NCBI GenBank assembly: GCA_965215565.1
Contig: CBDCDZ010000004.1
Coordinates: 3,840,001 to 3,904,000, forward strand
Source: Trueperaceae bacterium
Lineage (GTDB): Bacteria; Deinococcota; Deinococci; Deinococcales; Trueperaceae
DNA: 64,000 nt
Direction of reading: 5' to 3'
Shown: positions 29,232-39,158 of the stretch, piece after piece
Numbering within the stretch: the first letter of the stretch is position 1
Layout: the number at the start of each line of letters is the position of its first letter
Notes under the pieces: generated by a model
Told to the model about the DNA's origin: nothing
What the model saw: only the letters and a program-made list of their open reading frames with translations
Databases searched by the model: none
Program-made: the position numbers and the translations under genes

Positions 29232-29804
29232 GTGAACCCTCCCCTCATCCTCGCTAGCGCCTCCCCCCGCCGCCGCGACCTCTTGCAAAACTTAGGCTTG
29301 AGCTTCGACATCATCCCCGCCGATATTGACGAGACCCCTCTACCGGACGAGTCACCGGACGCGCTCGTAAGCCGCTTGAGCATATCGAAAGCTGCCGCCA
29401 TCGCCGCGCAAAACGGCAACGCCCTCGTCATCGCCGCCGATACCGTCGTGACGTTAGAGGGTGACGTGCTCGGCAAACCAAAAGACAGCGCCGAGAACAA
29501 GAGGTTCACCGAACGCCTTTCAGGAAGAACCCACCGCGTCTATACCGGGCACGCCGCGCAACGAGGTGAAGAGGTTGCCGCGTGCGTCATCTCGACGGAG
29601 GTGCGCTTTCGTGACCTCTCGGAACGTGAAATCGACTGGTACGTCTCTACAGGCGAAGGCATGGATAAAGCGGGCGGCTACGCCATTCAGGGGTACGGCG
29701 CAGCTTTAGTGAGCGAGATTCACGGGTGCTACTTCAACGTGGTGGGGCTCAGCGTGGCGAATCTGCTCGAGCTAACCAAGAGGTTGGGCGTAGAACTTAT
29801 CTGA
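29232..29804 (+). CDS. maf: Maf nucleoside triphosphate pyrophosphatase
   Basis: ILASASPRR, AADTVV, LGKP, DKAGGYAIQG, NVVGL. Confidence 0.95.
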   Translation: MNPPLILASASPRRRDLLQNLGLSFDIIPADIDETPLPDESPDALVSRLSISKAAAIAAQNGNALVIAADTVVTLEGDVLGKPKDSAENKRFTERLSGRTHRVYTGHAAQRGEEVAACVISTEVRFRDLSEREIDWYVSTGEGMDKAGGYAIQGYGAALVSEIHGCYFNVVGLSVANLLELTKRLGVELI

Positions 29805-29812
29805 TCGGCGGC

Positions 29813-30175
29813 TCAAAGGTCCGCTCTAAGCGCGACGATGCGCCCCCTCACCCCGTCCCAACATTCCTGCGTGAACCTGCGAAATACGAAGGGACGCCGC
29901 TTTCCGAAACGGTGATTTTCGAGAATTTGCTCCGTGAGATACTCGAGCCTATACCCCGCCCACTCGGGCGCAGGCAGCATGAACAGGTTGAAGCGGCACG
30001 CGGGCAGCACCTCCTCGAAAAGGATATCCTCAAGCTCCTCTAAAGAGTATTTCGACGCGGCGCACGTGCGGGCGATGCCCTCGGCGAAGATGGCGGTGTC
30101 CGTGTCCATGAAGAACATCTGCATGGCGTCCCAGATATCCTGGCGGTCTTGGAGGTCTTGTTCTGGCGGTTGCAC
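29813..30175 (-). CDS. Conserved hypothetical protein (DUF7079-like)
   Basis: W..M..FFMDT, YSLEELEDILFEEVLP.C..NL...EWAGY. Confidence 0.7.
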   Translation of the reverse strand: MQPPEQDLQDRQDIWDAMQMFFMDTDTAIFAEGIARTCAASKYSLEELEDILFEEVLPACRFNLFMLPAPEWAGYRLEYLTEQILENHRFGKRRPFVFRRFTQECWDGVRGRIVALRADL

Positions 30176-30197
30176 GGCTTTAGAACCCCTTAACGGC

Positions 30198-31001
30198 TCA
30201 GCGCCCTTTAGGGTCTAAATAGTCCCTGAGCCCATCCCCCAGCAAACTCCACCCCAAGACCGTCATCACAATCGCCAACCCCGGCACGAGCACGGGATAC
30301 GGACTAAACGCGATAAACCCCTGCGCCTCGCGCAGCATGTTGCCCCAACTCGGCGTGCGCGGCGGCGTACCGAGTCCTAGAAAACTGAGCGCCGCTTCCG
30401 CCAAAACTGCTACCGCTAAGCTGAGACTCGCTTGCACGATGATAGGGGAGAGGGTGCTCGGTAACACGTGGCGCAAGAGGACGCGAGAGCCGCTCGCCCC
30501 CAACGCCCGCCCTGCCTCCACAAAGTCCTGATTTTTCACCGACAAGACCGACGAGCGCATGAGCCGGGCGAAGAGAGGGGTGCTGGCGATACCAATGGCG
30601 ACCATCGCGGTGAGCGTGCCTTCGCCGTAAATCGCCGCGAGGAGCAGTGCCATGAGAATCGCGGGGAAAGCGTAGAACACGTCTACGAGGCGCATCAAGA
30701 CCTCATCGAGCCAGCCGCCGAAGTAGCCCGCGAGTGCCCCGATGGTGCAGCCGAGTGTGAGGGCGATGCCGACTGCCACGACGCCGACGAAGAGGGTCAA
30801 CCTCGAGCCCACCAACACCCGGCTCAAGAGGTCGCGCCCGAAGTCGTCCGTGCCCAAGAGGTGTTCGGCGCTAGGCGGGGCAAAGCGAGCAGAAAAATCC
30901 ATCGCGTTAGGGTCGTAGGGGAGCCAGACGAAGCTGAGAAGTGCCGCCGAGAGGACGATGGTGACGAGAATCGTGCCGAGGATGAGATTAGCGCGAATCA
31001 T
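30198..31001 (-). CDS. Peptide/nickel ABC permease (DppC-like)
   Basis: HLLGTDDFGRD, VEAGRALGAS, EAALSFLGLG, GDGLRDYLDP. Confidence 0.92.
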   Translation of the reverse strand: MIRANLILGTILVTIVLSAALLSFVWLPYDPNAMDFSARFAPPSAEHLLGTDDFGRDLLSRVLVGSRLTLFVGVVAVGIALTLGCTIGALAGYFGGWLDEVLMRLVDVFYAFPAILMALLLAAIYGEGTLTAMVAIGIASTPLFARLMRSSVLSVKNQDFVEAGRALGASGSRVLLRHVLPSTLSPIIVQASLSLAVAVLAEAALSFLGLGTPPRTPSWGNMLREAQGFIAFSPYPVLVPGLAIVMTVLGWSLLGDGLRDYLDPKGR

Positions 31002-31114
31002 AGAGGTAAAAGAGAAGAGGGTAAAGGTAAAAGAGAATAAGGACTGAGCGAAAAGAGGTATGTGCAGCTTTACTTTTCTCTTTCCTCTTTGTCCTTTCAT
31101 CTGCCTATACCTTT

Positions 31115-32059
31115 CTAGCTATACCTTATCCTCGGGTCGAGCAGCCCGTAACTCACGTCTACTGCGAAGCTCAGAAAGACGATTGCGCTGGCGTAGAGGA
31201 GAATTTCGCCTTGGAGGAGGGGGAAGTCGCGTGTGCTGATGGCGGTTAGGACGAGTTGCCCCAAACCCGGCAGTGAAAAGACCTGTTCGATGACGATTGC
31301 GCCGACTAAGAGCTGCGAGAGGCTGAGCCCGATAACGGTGATGAGGGTGACGAGGGCGTTGCGCAGGGCGTGTTTGGTCAACACGCGGCGTGTAGGGAGC
31401 CCTTTTGCTCTAGCGGTGCGGATGTAATCGAGGGAGAGGGTCTCGAGCATCGCTGCTCTAGTCATCCGGGTGAGCACGGCGGCTTGCCCGAGCCCTAACG
31501 CGACGATGGGAAGCGTAAGACTTCTCAGGGTGCCGAGCAAGCTTCGCTCCGGCGGCACGTAACCACCCGAGGGGAGCCAACCGAGTTCGACGCTGAAGAG
31601 TAGAATAAACATGAGCCCGAGCCAGAACGAAGGAATCGCCGCGCCGAGTTGCGAGACGACGGAGATAAAGAGGTCGAGCCCGGTTCCGCGCTTCACTGCC
31701 GCCGTAATACCGAGGGGCAGCGCAATGACGATGGCGAGTAGAATCGCGCCGAGGGCTAAGGGGATAGATACCTGTAGGCGGGCGATAAGAAGGGACGCGA
31801 CGCTTTGACGGTAGTTGAGCGATTCGCCGAAGTCGCCACGCAGAATGCCGGCGAACCAACCGAAAAAGCGCGTGACGGGTGGCTCGTTGAGCCCGAGCTG
31901 CTCGCGCAGCGTGGCTAAAGATTGCGGACTCGCGTTGATACCTAAAATTACCTGGGCGGGATCGCCCGGCACGAGGAGCAGCGCGGAAAAGACGAGGAGC
32001 GCTGCTAGAAAGATGCTCAGCAGCGCACCCAAGAAGCGGCGGAGGAGAAAAGCGAGCAT
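31115..32059 (-). CDS. Peptide/nickel ABC permease (DppB-like)
   Basis: PGDPA, GDFGES, DYIRTARAKGL, RDFPLLQG, DPRIR. Confidence 0.93.
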   Translation of the reverse strand: MLAFLLRRFLGALLSIFLAALLVFSALLLVPGDPAQVILGINASPQSLATLREQLGLNEPPVTRFFGWFAGILRGDFGESLNYRQSVASLLIARLQVSIPLALGAILLAIVIALPLGITAAVKRGTGLDLFISVVSQLGAAIPSFWLGLMFILLFSVELGWLPSGGYVPPERSLLGTLRSLTLPIVALGLGQAAVLTRMTRAAMLETLSLDYIRTARAKGLPTRRVLTKHALRNALVTLITVIGLSLSQLLVGAIVIEQVFSLPGLGQLVLTAISTRDFPLLQGEILLYASAIVFLSFAVDVSYGLLDPRIRYS

Positions 32060-32199
32060 GTTAAGAGGCTAGGATGAAATGCTCGAGACTAAAGAGGTCA
32101 GTCGAATGGCAGAACGCAGAAGAAAGAGGTAGGTTCATATTCTCCCTTACGCATTCTGTAGTCTGCCAACACCCGCCTGAACCCATAGCCTTCTAGCCT

Positions 32200-33690
32200 C
32201 TAATTCCCTGACTTATACACTTCCGTCATGTCGATCGACACGATAGGCTGGTCCGTCCAGAAACCGTACAGGTTTTGCCGCGTGGCGATGAGCGAGTCGG
32301 GGTTGAAAATCCAGACCGAGGCGGCGTCGTCCGCGATGGTGCGGGCGACTTCCTGGTAGAGCGTGTTGCGCTCCTCTTCGCTGGTGGCACTCTCGGCTTG
32401 TTCAACGAGCGTTTGTACCTCGGGGTTGTCGTAGCCGAAGTAGTAGTCGGGGTTCGCATAGACGCCGATGTCGCGGGGTTCGGAGTGCCCAATGATGGTC
32501 ATGTCGTAGTCGCGGTTGGAGAAGATGCGCTCCAACCAAGTCGTCCACTCCACCACGCTCAAATCCACTTCGATGCCCGCTTCGCTGAGCTGCTGCGCGA
32601 TGACCTCTCCGGCGCGGCGCTCGATGTTGTAGGGTTCGGGGAGTTCGAAGCTGACCTGCAGACCGTCGCCGTAACCCGCTTCCTCGAGGAGCCGCTGCGC
32701 CTCTTCGGGATCATAGGGATACGGGTCCACGTCCACAAAATAAGGCTCGATAGGGCTCGCGAACGTGCTGATGGCGGTGCCGAAACCGAAGTTCGCGCCC
32801 TCCACGATGACGCTCTTATCGATCGCGTGAGAGATTGCCTGGCGCACGAGCGGGTCATCGAACGGCTCCCGCGTACCGTTGAGCGCAACCGTGACCTCGG
32901 TGGTGTTGCTTCCCGTCGAGAGCTTGAGGTCGGGATTGTCTTGTGCTTGGATGGCGCTCTCGGGCGGCAGCGCGACGCCGATCATATCGATGTCGCCGGC
33001 TTGCAAGGCGGCGAAGCGGGCGTTGGCGTCGCCTATGATGCGAAACGTGACTGCGTCTAAGTATGGGGTGTCGGGGAGATAGTAGTCGTCAAACCTCTCC
33101 AAGCGGACTTGGCTTCCCGGAATCCACTCCACGAAGCGGAAGGGTCCGGTGCCGACGGGGTCGTTGCGCTGCGTTTCGGCTGTGCCTGCGGGGTAGATGA
33201 TGGAATCGGCGCGCGCGAGGTTGAAGAGCAGCCCCGAAGTCGGCTCGCTCAGTGTCAGCGTGACCTCGTTGCCCTCGGCGCTCACCTCTTCGATGGCTTC
33301 GTAGTATTCGGGATGTGGATGACCGGACTCGGGGTCCATAAAGCGTTCGAACTGCGCCAGGACATCCTCCGCTGTAAAGTCGCTGCCGTCGTGAAATTTG
33401 ATGCCCTCGCGCAACCTGAACGTCCAGGTGAGACCGTCTTCGGAGACCTGGTAAGATTCTGCTAGAGCCGGAACGATGTCGCCGCTCTGGTCCACGCGCA
33501 CCAAACCCTCGTAGACGTTGTGGTACATGACCCTCGAGATTTCCTGCGAGGGCGAGACCGTCGGGTCCCAGCCGGGCGGCTCGGCGGCGATGGAGACGAC
33601 GGCTTCACCGCCGGGGGTGGGCGGCGGATCATCCTGCGCGAACGCGAAGCCTAGAGAAAGGCATAGGAGAATCGGTATGAACTTTTTCAT
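32200..33690 (-). CDS. ABC substrate-binding protein, family 5
   Basis: Signal peptide, YEGLV, PALAES, FHDGS, GTGPF. Confidence 0.93.
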   Translation of the reverse strand: MKKFIPILLCLSLGFAFAQDDPPPTPGGEAVVSIAAEPPGWDPTVSPSQEISRVMYHNVYEGLVRVDQSGDIVPALAESYQVSEDGLTWTFRLREGIKFHDGSDFTAEDVLAQFERFMDPESGHPHPEYYEAIEEVSAEGNEVTLTLSEPTSGLLFNLARADSIIYPAGTAETQRNDPVGTGPFRFVEWIPGSQVRLERFDDYYLPDTPYLDAVTFRIIGDANARFAALQAGDIDMIGVALPPESAIQAQDNPDLKLSTGSNTTEVTVALNGTREPFDDPLVRQAISHAIDKSVIVEGANFGFGTAISTFASPIEPYFVDVDPYPYDPEEAQRLLEEAGYGDGLQVSFELPEPYNIERRAGEVIAQQLSEAGIEVDLSVVEWTTWLERIFSNRDYDMTIIGHSEPRDIGVYANPDYYFGYDNPEVQTLVEQAESATSEEERNTLYQEVARTIADDAASVWIFNPDSLIATRQNLYGFWTDQPIVSIDMTEVYKSGN

Positions 33691-33694
33691 GAGG

Positions 33695-34942
33695 TTATTC
33701 TACCGCGTTCTCACCTAAAAAGGTAATAGCGCTCGCCGCGTAGAGCTTCGCGGCTTTCATAATTTCTTCAGTCTCCACAAACTCGTCGCGCTGATGCGGG
33801 ATGGTGCGGTCGCCCGGTCCTACCGTGACGATGGGTACGCCCGCGAGGTGTAAAAAGGTGCCGTCCGTCGCGCCGGGAACGCCGCCGTATCGAGGTGCAC
33901 TTTCCATAACGAGGGGATAGGCTCGCTCCATCGCCTTAACGAGCGGGTCGTCTTCGGGCGTTTGCGTGGCGGGGCGCGACTCGAAGAGGTCCACGGCGAC
34001 GCTCAAACGTGAATCTCTTTGGCTGACCTCTTCCGCTATCTTGTGCAGCTTACCTAAGAGGTCGTCGTGGTCTTGCCCCGGCAGCGTGCGAATATCGAGC
34101 GCTAAGGAGGCGCGTTCGGGCATGACGTTCAGTTGCGCCTCGCCGCTCGTGGGTGCGTCCACAATCGTCGGGGTGAACCAGGGGAGACCCAAATAGGGGT
34201 GCTCGCCCCAGCGGGACTGCTCGAGCCCCTCCAATTCCTCCACCTTCCCGATGATTTCCGCTAACGCCGTGATCGGGTTGACGCCCGCGTAGGGCATCGC
34301 GCCGTGCGCCATGACGCCTTGCACCTCCACAACTACGCGCATCGCACCTTTCTGAAAGAGGCACAGCTCGTTCTCTTCAGGTTCACAGACGATAGCGCCG
34401 TCCACCTCTCTCGCCCAGCCCCGTTCTATGAAGTGCTTGATGCCCGCCATCATACCCTCTTCGTCTACGACGAAGCCCAAGCGGATGCGCCCGGCCAAGT
34501 CCGGCGCGGTTCGCCTCACCGCGTCCAACGCGCAAATCGCCGCCGCGACGCCCGCTTTCATGTCGGCTGCGCCGCGTCCGTAGAGGCGTCCGTCTACAAG
34601 TTGCGCATCGAAAGGGGGGTGTTGCCAACTCGAGCCGTCCCCCACCGTCACCACGTCGGTGTGCCCTTCGAACATCAGAGTTTTGTGTTTTTTCGGGTCA
34701 AAACCCAGACCCTGCCAGTCGCAGATGAGGTTGGGGCGTCCGGGGATGACCTCTTCTAAGGTGGGCGCTAGTCCCAACTCCCGCAAGACGTTGGCAAGGT
34801 AGAGCGCCACGCCCTGCTCGCTGCCGCCCGCGTCCAACTCAACCACACTGCGGATGCGTACGAGTTCTTGGGTGAGCGTGACGACACGTTTAAGATCAAC
34901 GGCGTCGGCGGCGCGTTGGGCTAAAGAGGTCACGTCCACCAT
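33695..34942 (-). CDS. M20 metallopeptidase (ArgE/DapE family)
   Basis: EGHTDVV, GRGAADMKAG, DEE, CEP, HQRDE. Confidence 0.92.
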   Translation of the reverse strand: MVDVTSLAQRAADAVDLKRVVTLTQELVRIRSVVELDAGGSEQGVALYLANVLRELGLAPTLEEVIPGRPNLICDWQGLGFDPKKHKTLMFEGHTDVVTVGDGSSWQHPPFDAQLVDGRLYGRGAADMKAGVAAAICALDAVRRTAPDLAGRIRLGFVVDEEGMMAGIKHFIERGWAREVDGAIVCEPEENELCLFQKGAMRVVVEVQGVMAHGAMPYAGVNPITALAEIIGKVEELEGLEQSRWGEHPYLGLPWFTPTIVDAPTSGEAQLNVMPERASLALDIRTLPGQDHDDLLGKLHKIAEEVSQRDSRLSVAVDLFESRPATQTPEDDPLVKAMERAYPLVMESAPRYGGVPGATDGTFLHLAGVPIVTVGPGDRTIPHQRDEFVETEEIMKAAKLYAASAITFLGENAVE

Positions 34943-35724
34943 TACGTTAAGGGCGGCACGTAGCGCCCGTCTACCGCCGTCCAGCCGCCGTCTACGAAGA
35001 GCAGCGTCCCGGTTACAAAAGACGCCGCCTCGCTCGCTAGGAAGACCACCGCGCCCACCATCTCGCTAGGTTGCGCCCAGCGTCCTAATGCGCCTTTTTG
35101 CGCGTAGGCGTCGTACCACTCGGGCTGCGCTTTAATCTGTTCCGTAAGAGGTGTCTCTACAACGCCCGGCGCGATCGCGTTGACGCGCACGCCCATCACG
35201 CCGAGTTCGGCGGCTAAGGTCTTGACCATCTGCACCGTGCCCGCTTTCGTCGCGGCGTAGATGCTCTGCCCCGGCTCCACGACGTGCGAGCGGATGGACG
35301 AGAAGAGGATGATGCTTCCCTTTCCTTGCGCCATCATCTTTTTGCCCGCTTCCTGCATGGCGAAGAAGCTGCCTTTGAGGTTTAAGCTCACGACTTTGTC
35401 GAAGTCGGCTTCAGTGTACTCGAGCAGCCTCTTCCTCACGTTCACCGAAGGTGTGCAGACGAGCACATCTAGGGTGCCAAATCGAGCGAAGAGGTCTTGG
35501 ACGCTCCCTTGCTCGGTGAGGTTGACGGAGAACGCTTTCGCCGTTCCGCCCGCTTCACGAATCGTGGTCGCCGTCCCCTGCGCTTTCTCCTCATCTAAGT
35601 CCGCGCAGATAACCTCCGCGCCGAACGCCCCCAATCCCTGCGCCGCCGCCTCACCGATGCCCGAGCCCGCGCCGATGACGAGCGCGCGTTTGCCGCTCAA
35701 GTCGAAGAGGTCCGCGTAGTTCAT
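34942..35724 (-). CDS. SDR oxidoreductase
   Basis: GAGSGIG, YAATK, VNAIAPG, VDGGW. Confidence 0.93.
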   Translation of the reverse strand: MNYADLFDLSGKRALVIGAGSGIGEAAAQGLGAFGAEVICADLDEEKAQGTATTIREAGGTAKAFSVNLTEQGSVQDLFARFGTLDVLVCTPSVNVRKRLLEYTEADFDKVVSLNLKGSFFAMQEAGKKMMAQGKGSIILFSSIRSHVVEPGQSIYAATKAGTVQMVKTLAAELGVMGVRVNAIAPGVVETPLTEQIKAQPEWYDAYAQKGALGRWAQPSEMVGAVVFLASEAASFVTGTLLFVDGGWTAVDGRYVPPLT

Positions 35725-37547
35725 CCCGCGTACTTATCCACTAACGCCTCGTACTGATCTACGCGCGCCGCCGTGATCTTCAGGCTCTCCCGCCAAAAGT
35801 CCGCGCTTTCGATGTCGATGCCGAACCCTCTAGCCAAGGGCGCGGCGTCCGCCATGCCGGTGCTCGCCAGGAGTTCGTTATAGCGCGCGTGCCAACCGTT
35901 TGGGTTGTCTCTATATTGCGCGTAAAGCCCCAAGCCGAAGAGGTAGCCGAAGGTATAGGGGAAGTTGTAGAAGCTCAGCCCGGTGCTGTAGTAGTGTCCT
36001 TTGTTCGCCCAGGCGAGCGGGTGGCGGGCGTTTTCGGCTAAGGCGTCGCCGTAAGTCGCGGCTTGCGCGTCCAGCATGATGCCCTTGAATTCATCAATGG
36101 AAAGCTCGCGCTCTTTACGCTTCTCGAAAACGGTGCTTTCGAAGATGAATCTCGAGTGAATATCCACCACTAACCCGGCTGCGCCCAAGAGGTCTTGCTC
36201 TAAAATCGCCAGCGTCTCCGCCTCGTCCGCCCCCTCCAACATCGCGTTGGTGACGATGGTCTCACAAAAGATGCTGGCGGTCTCGGCCAGCGTCATCGGC
36301 ATTCCGTACTGCAAAGCGGTGCGTTCAAAAGCGTAGCACTGATGGTTGTGATAGGCGTGCCCGAGTTCATGTGCCAGCGTGAAGATGTCGTCGAGCTGAG
36401 CGCCGAAATTCAGCATGATGCGCGACTCGTTGACGCCTAAAATCGGCATACAGAAGCCGCCGTTGCGCTTGCCCTTGCGCGGTGGCACGTCGATCCAACG
36501 CTCATCAAAACTCCTTTGGGCGAAGTCGGCTAACTCGCCACTATAGCGCCCGAAGTTCTCCTGCACGAACGCGGTGGCGTCGTCCCACGTGTAGGTGCGC
36601 GGCTCGCCGACGCTCACAGGCGCGTTTAGGTCGTACCAGGCGAGCGCGTCCTTACCTAAGAATTTGGCTTTGGCTCGGTAGTAGCGCCGAAAGACAGGGA
36701 AATGCTCCTCGCAGGCGCGCTGCATCGCCTCTAAACTTTGACGCGAAATCGCGTTGTTGAAGAGCGCCTCGTCCAACGGGCTCGCCCAACCTCTTCGCTC
36801 GCTGACCTCATTGACGTGTCCCTTGATAGAGTTCATCGCCGCCGCAAAGGAGACCGTATTGCGCTCTAAAAGCTCTAGCTCCGCCTCATACGCCGCTTTG
36901 CGCAGTTCGGGGTCGCGCTCAGCTTGCAGGATTTTAAGCTCCGAAATGGGGTATTCGGCTTCCTCTCGTCCCGGCAGCGTCTTCGCAATCGTGTGACGGC
37001 TGATGAGGTCGGTGTGCAGCTTGCCCCACGCGCCGCCGCTGCTCGGTCCAAGCGCTGAGACGAGCGCTTCGGCTTCGTCGCCCATGAGGTGTTTCGCTTC
37101 GTACTTGCTCCGTTTGATGAAGTGCGCGTGCGCTTGAGCCAGTTCCGAAGCGCCGCTTAGCCTCTCCGGGTCGAAAGAGCCGAGCCACGCGGTGAAGCGC
37201 TTCTCGAGCACCCCTAACCGGCTCCCCAACGGCTGCAACGCTGAGGTCTCCGCCTGAGCGCGGTCATTGAAGGCGTCCGTAGCGGTGAAGCCAAGAAGAT
37301 AGGTGCGCACCGTGTAGAACTGTGTATAGAGGTCGTTCACTTGCGCGATAAGTTCGTCCAAAACCGCTCTGGTCTCGTCACTCACGTGTGCGTCCTCGAG
37401 CGAACGCACCCCGTGCTCGTCCATGAAGTTCTCCAACGCCTCTAACTTATTTTTCACCTCGGCTTTGGCGTTGGCGTATTCAGGGCTGTCCAGTCCTGGA
37501 AAGATGGATTCTAGCTGCCAGTGGGGGAGGGTCTGTGTTTGCGCCAT
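35721..37547 (-). CDS. pepF: Oligoendopeptidase F (M3B)
   Basis: GKRNGGFC, TLAHELGHAYH, LAETAS, FYNFPYTFG. Confidence 0.9.
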   Translation of the reverse strand: MAQTQTLPHWQLESIFPGLDSPEYANAKAEVKNKLEALENFMDEHGVRSLEDAHVSDETRAVLDELIAQVNDLYTQFYTVRTYLLGFTATDAFNDRAQAETSALQPLGSRLGVLEKRFTAWLGSFDPERLSGASELAQAHAHFIKRSKYEAKHLMGDEAEALVSALGPSSGGAWGKLHTDLISRHTIAKTLPGREEAEYPISELKILQAERDPELRKAAYEAELELLERNTVSFAAAMNSIKGHVNEVSERRGWASPLDEALFNNAISRQSLEAMQRACEEHFPVFRRYYRAKAKFLGKDALAWYDLNAPVSVGEPRTYTWDDATAFVQENFGRYSGELADFAQRSFDERWIDVPPRKGKRNGGFCMPILGVNESRIMLNFGAQLDDIFTLAHELGHAYHNHQCYAFERTALQYGMPMTLAETASIFCETIVTNAMLEGADEAETLAILEQDLLGAAGLVVDIHSRFIFESTVFEKRKERELSIDEFKGIMLDAQAATYGDALAENARHPLAWANKGHYYSTGLSFYNFPYTFGYLFGLGLYAQYRDNPNGWHARYNELLASTGMADAAPLARGFGIDIESADFWRESLKITAARVDQYEALVDKYAG

Positions 37548-37740
37548 AGGGTACTCTACTACGCAGTTCTCGGGGGCACGCCGTTGTTTGGGTGGAGGAA
37601 GAGATTGCTCATGGATAAGCAAAGAGGTGACTCGAGCCTCACCGTCTTATCTCCTGACTTTACTTCTTGCGAAGCAGCGGCGCGTAGCGCAAGGGTCAAC
37701 AGAATAGGTTGGTGGAAGCGGTATGAAGTAGGAATGAAGA

Positions 37741-37778
37741 GGTGAGCATAGGGGTCGCTTCTGACCCCTATGCTCACC
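37741..37778. repeat. Perfect 16-bp inverted repeat abutting the TPR gene stop
   Basis: GGTGAGCATAGGGGTC-GCTTCT-GACCCCTATGCTCACC. Confidence 0.75.
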
Positions 37779-38642
37779 TCACACCAGCCCTTGCGAGCGC
37801 AGCCAGAAAAAGAGCAGCGCTGCGCCCAGCACATAGAGCGTGTAGCGTAAGCTGCGTCCGTTCAGGCGTCCTATACGCCCGTTCAAGCTCGAGAGCGTCC
37901 GCCTCGCCTCCTCCGCTTCCTGGCGGCGCTGCACTTTCTGTGCGCGGCGGATCGAGCGGACGCTTCTGTCGATTTGCCCTTTGCGGCGGTACGCCACGCC
38001 CAAGTTATGGTGAGCGTTGGCGAAGTCTTCGTCCAAACGCAGCGCCGCTTCGTAGGCGGTGATGGCGTCGTCCACGCGGTTTTCCTCTAACGCGACGTTA
38101 CCCAAGTTCGTGAGCGCGCGGTAGTGCTTGGGGTCGCGCGCGAGCGCCTCCTCGAACGAACGTTTGGCGCGCCCGGAGTCGCCCACGAGGATGTGCGCCG
38201 TGCCGCGCTGCGTCTCGGCTTCGGCGCGTAGGAGGGGCGTGCTGACCTCTTGTAGACGTTCCAAAGCCGCCTCAACTTCGCGCCTGTCGAGGTGTTTGTT
38301 CGCGGTCTCGAGCCTCCCGATGTCCCGCTTGACCTCTTCCCAACGTGACAGTTCGGCGACGTGCTCCGGGGGCGCTTCGACCCCCGCTAGGGCGCGTTGC
38401 GCTTTCGCCCACCGCTTCGCCCGCACGCAAAAGCGCACCTCGCTGAGCGCCCTGAGCGCCTCGAGCACCTCTTCACTGGGCGTTTGAGCGGTCTTGTAGT
38501 GGCGCAGCGCGGCGGCAGCGTCGCCTGCCTCTAGGTAGGTGCGCCAGTCCTCGGAGGGTGCTGCGGCGCTGACTTGCGCGTTTGTTGAGGGTGCTGACGT
38601 TTGGGGTGCTGAGGGCGTGTCGGCTCGAGTCTCTGGTTCCAC
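37779..38642 (-). CDS. TPR-repeat protein with a C-terminal TM anchor
   Basis: ALTNLGNV, AHHNLGVAY repeats; hydrophobic C-terminus. Confidence 0.85.
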   Translation of the reverse strand: MEPETRADTPSAPQTSAPSTNAQVSAAAPSEDWRTYLEAGDAAAALRHYKTAQTPSEEVLEALRALSEVRFCVRAKRWAKAQRALAGVEAPPEHVAELSRWEEVKRDIGRLETANKHLDRREVEAALERLQEVSTPLLRAEAETQRGTAHILVGDSGRAKRSFEEALARDPKHYRALTNLGNVALEENRVDDAITAYEAALRLDEDFANAHHNLGVAYRRKGQIDRSVRSIRRAQKVQRRQEAEEARRTLSSLNGRIGRLNGRSLRYTLYVLGAALLFFWLRSQGLV

Positions 38643-38657
38643 CGCCTCAGTATAATG

Positions 38658-38735
38658 TAGCAGGTATCATCTGGTCAGCTACACCCTTACTAAAGAGAAC
38701 ATCGCCTAGCACGCACTTTCAGGGATGATATCTGC
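38658..38735 (+). mobile_element. Dispersed repeat subfamily B, short copy
   Basis: TAGCAGGTATCATCTGGTCAG...CTAGCACGCACTTTCAGGGATGATATCTGC. Confidence 0.8.
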
Positions 38736-39158
38736 GGAGAAGTGTTGCTTCGCATGACTTCGTTCAAGTAACGGTAAGTGGAACCGCTATAGACTTCTTG
38801 CGAACGTGGGGTTGGGCTCTCTTCAGCCGAAGAAGCAGCGCTTTTGCGAGTTTAGTGAGAAAAACCTCTCTAGCACGTTTTTTGCCCTATTTCCTCCCCC
38901 TTCACCGACGCTTTACTAGTTTGGTGTCATCCTTAATGTTAGGGGGTTTAGGATGGAAGAGTTTTGCGCGGGTCCGAGTCTACCTCAAGTCGCCCATGCC
39001 GAGCGGTCAAATTTGTTTGTGGGCGCAGCCGTACTCGCCAACCCCACGGACGGGTAGTCCTATAGGCCAAAAGCGCACTGCTTTACGTGGCTTCGCGCGT
39101 TGGGGGCGTATACTTGAAAGACTACGGCGACTGGACCCAGCGCCCATCTGGAGGAATT